Below are positions 39,082-48,327 of a DNA stretch of 64,000 bases, in pieces. Below the pieces are notes generated by a model. It ran no database searches. It had not been told where the DNA came from and was given only the letters and a program-made list of their open reading frames with translations. This stretch comes from Candidatus Aenigmatarchaeota archaeon (GTDB lineage: Archaea; Aenigmatarchaeota; Aenigmatarchaeia; GW2011-AR5): contig JACQID010000006.1 in assembly GCA_016198685.1 (NCBI GenBank), positions 96,001 through 160,000 on the forward strand, read 5' to 3'. The position numbers and the translations under genes were made by a program. Every line of letters starts with the position of its first letter. The first letter of the stretch is position 1.

Positions 39082-39822
39082 ATGAGGCTTATTCTTTCTT
39101 TGAAAGCGGAAAAGGACATGGCTTATGATCAGAAGTATTTCGGCAAAGCGCAGGGACTTATTTACGGTCTCCTGAAAGGCGGCCCGTACGACAAGCTGCA
39201 CGACAAGAAAGGCTTCAAGTTTTTCTGTTTCTCCAATGTTTTTCCGACAAAGAAAGACGAGCCAATAAAGGAAGGTTCTGTGAAGAGCTTCATAATTTCG
39301 TCTCCTGACAGGAATTTCATTTCCGCCTTGAGCGATGCAGTGCCTGTAGGCACCAAGATAGAAATAGGTGAAATGCAGTTTTCATTGGTCGGAAAGAAGA
39401 CTGTCCAGCCGAAATTGACCGGCGACTGTAGGATAAAGATAATGACCCCCCTAATACTCCGGATACCCAAGCGCATGTACGCGGAGTACGGGATAGAAAA
39501 CAACTACAATTACACCTACTGGAGGCCCCAGACGGACGTTAACGCTTTCCTTAAGCAGTTGTCGGACAACGTATACAAGAAATACAACGAGTTCCACAAG
39601 ACGGACGTCAAGGAAGACTACATCTTCCAGCAGTTTATGTTCAGCGGCAGCCATCCGATTCACCCCATAATTGACCAGATTGAGCAGACGATAATAGGCA
39701 GCTACTGGACTTTCATGTTCCAGGGCCTTGGCGAACAGCAGCGCGCCCTGCTCGAGTTCGCTCTTGACTCTGGGTTCGGCGAACTCAACTCTATGGGATT
39801 CGGGTTCGGGAATGATGTGTGA
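39082..39822 (+). CDS. cas6: CRISPR endoribonuclease Cas6
   Basis: LHDKKGFKFFCFSN, TPLILR, C-terminal Gly loop GFGELNSMGFG. Confidence 0.95.
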   Translation: MRLILSLKAEKDMAYDQKYFGKAQGLIYGLLKGGPYDKLHDKKGFKFFCFSNVFPTKKDEPIKEGSVKSFIISSPDRNFISALSDAVPVGTKIEIGEMQFSLVGKKTVQPKLTGDCRIKIMTPLILRIPKRMYAEYGIENNYNYTYWRPQTDVNAFLKQLSDNVYKKYNEFHKTDVKEDYIFQQFMFSGSHPIHPIIDQIEQTIIGSYWTFMFQGLGEQQRALLEFALDSGFGELNSMGFGFGNDV

Positions 39823-39843
39823 ATAAAAGGCAGCTGTGAAACT

Positions 39844-41637
39844 ATGATTAAACAATTGGTTGAATTTGTAGAGAAATTCCCTGCAAGAAGTTGGGGAGTA
39901 GAACGACTCAAAAACGATCTCGAGCGGTCAAAAAAGAACTTTTTCTTTGCAGTTAATACCAGAGATGACATAAAATACAACGATTTTCATATAGTGGGGA
40001 TAGAAAATCCATTTCCTAAAGAAAAAGAGCTATCAAAGAAATTCATCGGCTTGGAGAAATGGTCAGAACAAAACAAAAGTTTACTGAAATATACGGAGTT
40101 TCGTCCATATAGAAAGCCGATAGGGAGTCATAACTCATGTTTAGGCAGTAATAGCGGGCTTGGAACAATAAGTCTTTCGCACTTTGAGCTGGAAAAAGGG
40201 AAAAAAGTAGATGAAAAACTTTCTATGCAGAAAGGGATTAGAGACGAAATCCTCAAAGTTTTTAACGACAAAAAAACTGGCAAAGTCGTTGCGCATATGC
40301 GGGCAATAAATGACGGAATTTTTCAAAATTTAAAAATTAACAGAGGAAAATTAGAAGATTTGTACACCGATTTTTTCAATGACTTATTTACTAAAATACC
40401 CGAAGAATCGTATAAACAAATATTCAAACACGAGGTCGTAATTTTCAATGATGTAATTCTGGGAATAAAACCACAAGATCGTGTGAAAAATGAGGATGAC
40501 GCAGAATCATTTATATATCCTAAATATTTTAATGGTCAGAATAGTAAAAAGCCATTTTTAATAGAATCTAGAACCCGTCCGATTAAACGGAACTTGTTAA
40601 TATCGAAAGCGGATCAAGAAAGAATACATGAATTTATGGTTAAAATACTTCCGGATATAGGAACGCCTTTCATTTTGCCTTTAGAAGAAAAATTGCAGAA
40701 AAAGATGGCTGGAGATATTGCATATAATGAAAAAAATTTCTTTAAAACAGTAGAAAATTTGTTGGATAAAAAAGAGGGAAATAATGGAACAATTGCAGAC
40801 AGATTTGATTTCTATTTTGTAGACCTGAGAGCCGGAAAAATATGTTTTTTTGATTATGTATCCAATTATCGGTATGATTTCCAGAACCCTTTTTATGAAA
40901 TTTTCCCGTTGGAAACGAGTATAAAATCGACACAATTTAATAGAAGGAATCTCAATGAAATATTTTCTAGGTTATTGGGTCAAAATAAAAGCCTTTCGTG
41001 CATCCCATGGGCCGATATTCCGAAAAACATGAATACTTCAAAGAAATCTGCATACATCCGGCTTCGGGAAAAAATGTTTGAAACAATATATCTTGGAAAA
41101 GCAGTATTGACGGAATATGAAGTGGCAAATCTATGTATTATGTTGATTGAAGATAGTATAATTAATGAAGATCATGCCAAAGTCGGCCATATTACAAATG
41201 ATTGTTTAAATTTTTTTATTAACTCTTATTTGTATACTGTTGGAGGCGAAAATATGAGGGAAGATGTAATATCAAAAGCAAAAAAAATTCAAGAACAAGT
41301 GTCCGGTAAAAAATTTAATCCTATTAGCAAGGAATCAGCGTTTTACTTATTGGGAAGGCTACTCAAAAGACTATGCGATAAATCAGAAACGTCTAATGAA
41401 AAATCAAGACTTCTCCAGCCGATAATAAACACTCATACTATTTCAGGGCTTAATAGAGTTGTCACTGAAAAATTTGTAGAGAAATATGCCTATAAAATCA
41501 GTGAGAATGATATTGAAACAGCGGAGCTTATAAATAAAGTCCTGCCGTTTTTTGCAGAACAAGACGGAGAAGAACCTATCAGAGATCTTAAACTATGGCT
41601 TTATGCTGGGTTTTTCTCTAATATGAAAGAGGTGTGA
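39844..41637 (+). CDS. cas8b: Type I-B large subunit Cas8b
   Basis: 597 aa between cas6 and cas7; C-terminal helical region (AFYLLGRLL); mainly a positional call. Confidence 0.75.
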   Translation: MIKQLVEFVEKFPARSWGVERLKNDLERSKKNFFFAVNTRDDIKYNDFHIVGIENPFPKEKELSKKFIGLEKWSEQNKSLLKYTEFRPYRKPIGSHNSCLGSNSGLGTISLSHFELEKGKKVDEKLSMQKGIRDEILKVFNDKKTGKVVAHMRAINDGIFQNLKINRGKLEDLYTDFFNDLFTKIPEESYKQIFKHEVVIFNDVILGIKPQDRVKNEDDAESFIYPKYFNGQNSKKPFLIESRTRPIKRNLLISKADQERIHEFMVKILPDIGTPFILPLEEKLQKKMAGDIAYNEKNFFKTVENLLDKKEGNNGTIADRFDFYFVDLRAGKICFFDYVSNYRYDFQNPFYEIFPLETSIKSTQFNRRNLNEIFSRLLGQNKSLSCIPWADIPKNMNTSKKSAYIRLREKMFETIYLGKAVLTEYEVANLCIMLIEDSIINEDHAKVGHITNDCLNFFINSYLYTVGGENMREDVISKAKKIQEQVSGKKFNPISKESAFYLLGRLLKRLCDKSETSNEKSRLLQPIINTHTISGLNRVVTEKFVEKYAYKISENDIETAELINKVLPFFAEQDGEEPIRDLKLWLYAGFFSNMKEV

Positions 41638-41641
41638 AAAT

Positions 41642-42556
41642 ATGGATAAGAAAGAATTCAATAATTGGGCAGTAGGTATATCGGTCGTGCGTTCAATAAA
41701 CGGGAATTTCAATGCAGACATATCGAGAATGCCAAGAACGCTTCCTGACAAAAAAGGAACAATATATGCAACTGACAAGGCACTCAAATATTGCATAAGA
41801 AACTATTTGGTTAATGCTAAGAAGGCCAAGGTCTTTATGTGGAGAAGGCAGAACGATAAGCGTGAGCCACTGAACATAGATGAAAATTTCAACGTATTAT
41901 TCAAAAAAGATCCCAAAAGAAGTACCAGAGAAGAAATACTTAATACCCTTCTTACGTGTATTGATGTAAGACTCTTTGGATGTACATATGCTGGAGAAAA
42001 AAATAATATTGCGATACACGGGACAACCCAAATTTCATACGGAGTGAATGGTATTCAAGATAATCTTGTTTACTCAAATCAAATATTAAGTCCGTTCCAA
42101 AACTTGAAGAAAGGCGATACGACCCAAGCAACAATGGGCGATGAGTCAAAGGCCCTTGATGTCTGTTATGTGTATGACTACAACATAAACCCAAACAATA
42201 TTGGCGCGGATAATGAACAGAGGCTAACTGAAGATGATGTCGAAACGTTTAAGGAAGCTTTGTGCAGGGGAGTAAACAGTGTTAACACGACCACAAAAAT
42301 CGGTTCGGAAACGCTGTTAGTAGTATACGTAGAATTGAACAAGCCAAAAATGCTACAAAATCTGAAAAAGCTTATTCAAATATCAAAGGACAATGAAGGA
42401 AACGTGGCCATAAATATTACTAAACTTGTGGAATATCTAAAGAAATTTGATGGCGATATAGTAAAATCGCAAATTTTTCACGAAAAGGAAAAAACAAATG
42501 TCGTGAACGAAGAGAAATGGGGCAAACTTAAAGAAACAGACCTATTCGGCGAGTGA
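41642..42556 (+). CDS. cas7: Type I-B backbone Cas7 (Csh2-like)
   Basis: NFNADISRMPR, TDKALKYCIRNY, IDVRLFG. Confidence 0.92.
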   Translation: MDKKEFNNWAVGISVVRSINGNFNADISRMPRTLPDKKGTIYATDKALKYCIRNYLVNAKKAKVFMWRRQNDKREPLNIDENFNVLFKKDPKRSTREEILNTLLTCIDVRLFGCTYAGEKNNIAIHGTTQISYGVNGIQDNLVYSNQILSPFQNLKKGDTTQATMGDESKALDVCYVYDYNINPNNIGADNEQRLTEDDVETFKEALCRGVNSVNTTTKIGSETLLVVYVELNKPKMLQNLKKLIQISKDNEGNVAINITKLVEYLKKFDGDIVKSQIFHEKEKTNVVNEEKWGKLKETDLFGE

Positions 42557-42562
42557 TTAAAA

Positions 42563-43315
42563 ATGAGCAAAGTACTGCAGATCTTAGTTAGTTCAGAGTT
42601 TGCTCTGTTTAAACGGAATGACAGTAACGAATTTGCTCTTACATACAATTTTCCCCCGAAAACCCAGATTCTTGGATTACTGGGGGCAATAATTGGTCTT
42701 TCGGGCTATTCTAAGAATGAAAGTAAAGCCGATTTTTATGAAAAACTTAAAGGCTTCAAAGTGGCGATAATACCTGTAGACGAAAATAATAAAGCTGTTA
42801 CAGAACCACCAAAAAAGACTGTTATAACATACAACAACTATCATGGATATGGGAGTATGGAAGAAGGGGGCATACTTCAGGTGAGGGAGCAATTATTGAT
42901 TGAACCTAGATATAGAATATTTATTTTTGGGGAAGGCGAGTATTATGATAAATTAAAAAAGAAACTGGAAATGCACGAATATTTTTATACGCCTTACTTG
43001 GGAAAAAATGAATTTCTTGCGGTAGTTGAGTATGAAGGAGAGAAAGACGCGATAAAAACAACGAAAGGAAATATAAAAATTTCAAGTATTTTCTTGAGAG
43101 ATTATGGCATATTTGCGATGTCCGAGCGAGGAAACAGGAATGAGATACAATTTATTATTGTGGAAGAATACCCTGTTTCATTCGATACAAATTATTTGTA
43201 TCAGAAAAAAATCGTTATATATTCGGACGGCATGCATATTCCGAACTATGAGAAGGTAGAAAAAGACGGTTTTAGAATACTTGAAGTCGAAGGACAGCAT
43301 TTATTTTTTATATAA
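42563..43315 (+). CDS. cas5: Type I-B Cas5
   Basis: FALFK...TYNFPPKTQILGLLGAIIG, YTPYLGKNEF. Confidence 0.92.
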   Translation: MSKVLQILVSSEFALFKRNDSNEFALTYNFPPKTQILGLLGAIIGLSGYSKNESKADFYEKLKGFKVAIIPVDENNKAVTEPPKKTVITYNNYHGYGSMEEGGILQVREQLLIEPRYRIFIFGEGEYYDKLKKKLEMHEYFYTPYLGKNEFLAVVEYEGEKDAIKTTKGNIKISSIFLRDYGIFAMSERGNRNEIQFIIVEEYPVSFDTNYLYQKKIVIYSDGMHIPNYEKVEKDGFRILEVEGQHLFFI

Positions 43316-43334
43316 ATATGAACAGGATAATTGT

Positions 43335-45983
43335 ATGCTGGAAACTTTATGGGCGTATGAACATATATTTCCTAAAAACGTTTTAGAGAATATATATGCC
43401 CATACAGATGACGCTGGAAATTATGAATCCATGGAGATGCACGGGGAAAGAACTCTTTCTAAAGCAAATGATATTATCTCAAAACTGCATCTTAGTAATA
43501 TTTTGACGACGCTGAACGGTAAATTATACACAGAACTCAATAGCAATTGCCCCAATGACACTATGAGTCAGGAAGAATTTAATTCTAATATGAAGGTACT
43601 TCTGGGAACCATTATTTACCTTCACGATATTGGAAAAATAAATAAAAAATATCAACATGAGAGGCTTGAAAATAATGGTGGAGGAATTGACGGGTTCATA
43701 AATTCTTATCATAGCGCTTATGGGCATATGCTAATAAATCAACTTTTGTTCTCTAAAAAATTGGACACGCCTTTTTATAAAAATAGCAGACTTGAATTTT
43801 GTGCTATAGTGCTTACGACTATCATCAATAGACATCACACGCCATTGCTTGATGTAAAACAATCACCTAGATATAATAGTAGAGGCGTTTGGGACAATTA
43901 TAGTAAGCAAATAGATGAGAATTCAATAGGTTTAGCGAATGCTTGCAAACAATCTATTGTAGGAGAGTTTGATATAGAAGTTGAACAGAACAATAAACAC
44001 ATGTACTCTCAATACTTGGAGAATGGGCGAATGCCCGATAGTATGTTTTTTATGTACAAACTATGGTATTCTATTCTTGTTCAAGCGGACTGTTTTGCTG
44101 CCGAATTATTTTCAGAAAAGAAAGAACCCGAAATAAATTTCATTGACAAAACATTAATGGTGGAGTTGCAGAATAATTTTTATTCTACAAAAGAATATAA
44201 TAGTGAACTCGGAAAAAAAGATTACCTTTTGGGTATGCCAGTAGAAAAAATTGAAGACATTAATGCTCTTAGAACAAGGATGCTATTAGAGGCTTGCCAT
44301 ACACTTAGAAAGCATGGGGAGAAAAGAATCTTTTATTTGGATGTTCCAACAGGCGGCGGCAAGACGAATATATCAATAAAGCTCGCACTTGATTTAGTGG
44401 GAAAAGAAAATCTTGTCAGAATAAATTATGTGTTTCCTTTTGTTAATATTATAGAACAAAACCATAGCGAAATAGAAAAAACTCTTAGGCAGGAGGGAAA
44501 GGATACGATATCAAAAATATATATGCTTTCTGACTGGGGGTTTGACGGGGAAACAGAAAAAGAGAACTTTAGACTCAGAAATCAGAGGTTTCTAAACTAT
44601 CCGGTGAATGTAGTATCCAATGCAAATTTTTTTAATATATTCCTTAAAAATTCAAAGAAGGCGACTATCAAGATATTAGAATTATGTAACAGCGTTGTGA
44701 TACTTGACGAAATCCAATCATTGCCTAATAAAAAATGGATTTATTTCGTAACGTTATTGAAGGGACTTTCAGAATTATATAATATATATTTCATTATAAT
44801 GAGTGCCACATTGCCAGATTTACGATTATTATTGGGCGAGGAAGGGAAAAAACAGTTTGACGCAATCAATCTATTAGCTCACCCTGAAATTTATGCAAAA
44901 CATTCGCGAATGAAGCGGGTTACTTATCAAATAATGAAAGATGCCGATCCAGAGAACGAAATTGATGAAATATTTAAAATATACAAAAATATAATTGCAC
45001 AAGAAAAATACAAGAAAATACTTATTGTTGTTAATACCATCGCGGATAGCATAGAAATATATAAAAAAATAGCGAGCCCTAAAGGGTTCAAAGTATTTCT
45101 TCTGAATTCTGCAACTCTGTCTCATAGAAAGAAGGAAGTAATCGATAGCGTAAAATCCGAGCAAAACGTCATTTTGGTATCTACTCAATCTGTTGAAGCT
45201 GGCGTGGACATAGATTGTGATGTTGGTATAAGGTCCGATGCACCTCTTGATTCTATAGAGCAAGTTGCTGGTAGAGTAAACAGAAATGGAGTAAAATCCG
45301 TTAAATTATCAAAAGTTTTTGTAGTGCCTTCCAAATCGAAAAAGAATGTCTATGCGGAAGATATTAGAAACATGTTTGACATAACTGGAGTTAATGGCTT
45401 AGATTGTGAAACTCTGTTGCTGAATCGGGATTTTGATTCCTATTACAGAAAAATAATGGAGCGTGTTCTGGAAAGAGAGGATATGACTAAAACGAATAAA
45501 TCACAATTGCTGGAGCCTATGAATAATCTTGAGTTTGATACATTGAACCGACAAGATTATATCGAATCTAAAAGTTTCTCAATTTTCTTGCCTGTAAAAA
45601 TAGATTTGAAATATTTTACAAAGCATATGGAATTTATCAATCGAAATAATCTGTCAATAAATGGTCATCTTGACGGTAAGAAAGTTTGGGAATTCTACAT
45701 TGGCAATAAAGATAGTAGATTCATTGGCGCTAATAACATGAAAAAAATGCAAATATTGATACAAAGCTTCTGCATCAATCTGACGGAGCCAAAAAGCTCG
45801 AAAAATACATTGAATTTTAGAGAGTTTATAAAATCTTCTCTTAATTTTGCTCAGGAAAGCGAACAAAATATTCTATTCGCGGACGAAAATTTTGTAAACA
45901 AATATTTTGATGAAAATTTTGGTTTGGATATACAAAAAATAAGAAACGATTTCAAAGAATCGAGAGATATGACCATTATCTAA
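43335..45983 (+). CDS. cas3: Cas3 HD nuclease-SF2 helicase (ORF track start 43281)
   Basis: LHDIGK, HH, PTGGGKT, LDEIQ, MSAT, STQSVEAGVDID, QVAGRVNR. Confidence 0.95.
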   Translation: MLETLWAYEHIFPKNVLENIYAHTDDAGNYESMEMHGERTLSKANDIISKLHLSNILTTLNGKLYTELNSNCPNDTMSQEEFNSNMKVLLGTIIYLHDIGKINKKYQHERLENNGGGIDGFINSYHSAYGHMLINQLLFSKKLDTPFYKNSRLEFCAIVLTTIINRHHTPLLDVKQSPRYNSRGVWDNYSKQIDENSIGLANACKQSIVGEFDIEVEQNNKHMYSQYLENGRMPDSMFFMYKLWYSILVQADCFAAELFSEKKEPEINFIDKTLMVELQNNFYSTKEYNSELGKKDYLLGMPVEKIEDINALRTRMLLEACHTLRKHGEKRIFYLDVPTGGGKTNISIKLALDLVGKENLVRINYVFPFVNIIEQNHSEIEKTLRQEGKDTISKIYMLSDWGFDGETEKENFRLRNQRFLNYPVNVVSNANFFNIFLKNSKKATIKILELCNSVVILDEIQSLPNKKWIYFVTLLKGLSELYNIYFIIMSATLPDLRLLLGEEGKKQFDAINLLAHPEIYAKHSRMKRVTYQIMKDADPENEIDEIFKIYKNIIAQEKYKKILIVVNTIADSIEIYKKIASPKGFKVFLLNSATLSHRKKEVIDSVKSEQNVILVSTQSVEAGVDIDCDVGIRSDAPLDSIEQVAGRVNRNGVKSVKLSKVFVVPSKSKKNVYAEDIRNMFDITGVNGLDCETLLLNRDFDSYYRKIMERVLEREDMTKTNKSQLLEPMNNLEFDTLNRQDYIESKSFSIFLPVKIDLKYFTKHMEFINRNNLSINGHLDGKKVWEFYIGNKDSRFIGANNMKKMQILIQSFCINLTEPKSSKNTLNFREFIKSSLNFAQESEQNILFADENFVNKYFDENFGLDIQKIRNDFKESRDMTII

Positions 45984-46109
45984 TTTTCTGCGTGCAACGA
46001 CACAGAACCCATACATTTTCTTATTTTTCCGCTTCAAACACGGCAAAAATGATAGGTCTGCCGTCCAAAAACAAGAAAGGCTTAATAAATTTTAATATTA
46101 TGATAGATT

Positions 46110-46195
46110 ATAGTAATCAAAAATGATAACTTTAACGTATAAAAACACTGAAAATAATGTTTTAATAGTATATAGTAATCAATATTGATTACTAT
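46110..46195. promoter_or_regulatory. Twin 24-bp inverted repeats upstream of abiEi; putative AbiEi operators
   Basis: Perfect palindrome ATAGTAATCAATATTGATTACTAT at 46172-46195; 20/24 copy ATAGTAATCAAAAATGATAACTTT at 46110-46133. Confidence 0.7.
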
Positions 46196-46236
46196 GATAA
46201 AACAAAGTATTTAAACAATGGCACGAATATAGAAAT

Positions 46237-46938
46237 ATGAAGACGATAGAACTCCTGCAGAAGCTAAGAACTATGCCAGTTTTCACGGTAAATGATCTCT
46301 CCCGCATCCTGGGCAAAAGCGACAAATACGTGAAAGTTGTTGCGTACAGGCTCTGCAAACAGGGTCTTGTGAAGCGCATTGAGAGAGGGAAATATACCGT
46401 ATATGACGATGCTGTGGAAATAGCGTCGTACATAACAACGCCTTCTTACATAAGCTTCTGGACGGCTCTTCGCATATACGGTCTTACCGAGCAGCTACCG
46501 TCAGACGCTATGGTAGCAGTAACGAAGCCCAAAAAAGAGATAGATTTTGGGGGCACGAAAATAGCGTTTGCGAAAACGCGCCATTTCTGGGCGTATGGCA
46601 AGATGCGCTACAGAGAATTTGACATATTCATTGCAGACAAGGAGAAGTCCGTGATAGACAGCATGCTCTCGAAAAATACGCCGTTTGAAGAAGCGGCCAA
46701 GGCAATCTTGAGCGGCAAACTGAACTATGAAAAGCTTGTGGAATACGTTCGGAAGACTAAAAATCAATCGCTTGCCAAACGCGTTGGGTATCTCATGGAG
46801 AAAAATAAGGTTGATGCCAATGGACTCCTCGGCATGGTCGGGACATTGTATACGCGCTTAGACACATCGAGGAAAGTCAAAGGGAAGAGGGATTTCCGTT
46901 GGAAAATAATCGTCAATTCGGATGTGGATAAAATATGA
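46237..46938 (+). CDS. abiEi: Type IV TA antitoxin/regulator, AbiEi family
   Basis: N-terminal wHTH (VFTVNDL...RIERGKY), SYISFWTAL..YGLTEQ, IADKEKSVID. Confidence 0.88.
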   Translation: MKTIELLQKLRTMPVFTVNDLSRILGKSDKYVKVVAYRLCKQGLVKRIERGKYTVYDDAVEIASYITTPSYISFWTALRIYGLTEQLPSDAMVAVTKPKKEIDFGGTKIAFAKTRHFWAYGKMRYREFDIFIADKEKSVIDSMLSKNTPFEEAAKAILSGKLNYEKLVEYVRKTKNQSLAKRVGYLMEKNKVDANGLLGMVGTLYTRLDTSRKVKGKRDFRWKIIVNSDVDKI

Positions 46939-47717
46939 TATCTTTGGAAGAACTGAAATCGAAGGCAAAGTTAAAGGGGCTCGGGTTAGGAAACGCCGAA
47001 AAGGATTACCTGCTTGACTTGGTGCTTTTTTGGATATCAAAGAATACGAGAGACGAACTTATTTTCAAGGGAGGGACATGCCTGTACAAGTTTTACGGTC
47101 TGGGACGGTTTAGCGAGGACGTGGACTTTACCGCGGCGAAGCCAATAGACGTCGAGAGGTTATTGCAATCTATAACATCGGGCATAGAGCAATTCGGGAT
47201 AAACTGCCATGTCAGGGAAAAAAGAGAGCCCTTCAATTCGGTTCTTGCAACCATTAGATGCGAGGGTCCCCTTTACAACGGCACGCCGCAGACGTATTCA
47301 AGCGTCAGGATAGACATAAACAAGAAGTCCAGCATAGACATGGCGCCCGTGCTCAAGAGCTACTCTTCCATATATACTGAAATTCCATCATTCTCCATCC
47401 TGACGATGCAAGAGGGCGAAATAATGGCGGAAAAGGCGAGGGCTATCGTGACGAGGAACAAGGCCAGGGACTTGTATGACTTGTGGCATCTTATGACAAA
47501 AGGCATAATTATAGACAAAAACGTGATAGCGAAAAAGCTGGAATACTATAAAGCAGAATTTAACTATGCGGAATTTGAAAAAGCGGTAAAGGAAAAGGAA
47601 TCCGTGTGGGAAAGGGATCTTAAACCGCTTATAAGGAATTTGCCGGACTTTAATGAAATCCAAAAATCTGTACTCTCCGAGGCCAAAAAATGGAACTCCC
47701 GAAAGAAGCGTCAGTGA
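46935..47717 (+). CDS. abiEii: Type IV TA toxin, AbiEii nucleotidyltransferase
   Basis: EKDY, FKGGTCL, RFSEDVDF, AEKARA, ARDLYDL; ATGA overlap with abiEi. Confidence 0.92.
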   Translation: MISLEELKSKAKLKGLGLGNAEKDYLLDLVLFWISKNTRDELIFKGGTCLYKFYGLGRFSEDVDFTAAKPIDVERLLQSITSGIEQFGINCHVREKREPFNSVLATIRCEGPLYNGTPQTYSSVRIDINKKSSIDMAPVLKSYSSIYTEIPSFSILTMQEGEIMAEKARAIVTRNKARDLYDLWHLMTKGIIIDKNVIAKKLEYYKAEFNYAEFEKAVKEKESVWERDLKPLIRNLPDFNEIQKSVLSEAKKWNSRKKRQ

Positions 47718-48190
47718 CAGGCGTCCAAGTTGCGTATTACATTATATGCAAACGCAAGTTGTGGCTATTTTCACATAAGATAACGATGGAGCATACTTCC
47801 GAGAAGGTCGCGATGGGAAGGATGCTTCATGAGGAATCATATGGTAGGAAGAAGAAGGAAATTGGGATAGGCAGCATAAAGATAGATTTTATCGAAAACA
47901 AAGGCGAAATCCACGAAGTGAAAAAGTCGAAAAGCCTTGAAGACGCCCACGAATGGCAGATGCTGTATTATCTCTATTATTTCAAGAAGTTGGGTATGGA
48001 CATGAAAGGGAAGATAGATTATCCGCTCACGCGGCAGAGGGTCGATGTGACGCTCACAGAAGAAAAAGAAAAACAGCTGGAACAGATTTTACGAGAAATC
48101 CAATCGATAACAGGCAAAGACTCGCCGCAAGAGCCTGTAAAACTCCCGTACTGCAAATCCTGCAGTTATTTCAATTTCTGCTGGTGCTGA
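47690..48190 (+). CDS. cas4: Cas4 exonuclease
   Basis: YYIICKRKLWL, KIDF, HEVKKS, CKSCSYFNFC. Confidence 0.95.
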   Translation: MELPKEASVTGVQVAYYIICKRKLWLFSHKITMEHTSEKVAMGRMLHEESYGRKKKEIGIGSIKIDFIENKGEIHEVKKSKSLEDAHEWQMLYYLYYFKKLGMDMKGKIDYPLTRQRVDVTLTEEKEKQLEQILREIQSITGKDSPQEPVKLPYCKSCSYFNFCWC

Positions 48191-48327
48191 CAGTTAGCGA
48201 GCTTTAAATAATCACTTATGAGCACAGGTTGTGATATGAGCTTATCAAAACGCAATGTCTTGTGTGAGAAAACCATTTATTAAACAAAGGCGAGAGTAAT
48301 ATATATTTCTGATGCGCAGATGATGCA

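Noticed and set aside
48191-48327. cas4-cas1 intergenic gap as a possible mini-array or creTA element
   Set aside because: No convincing repeat similarity or hairpin on either strand; only TATA-like boxes
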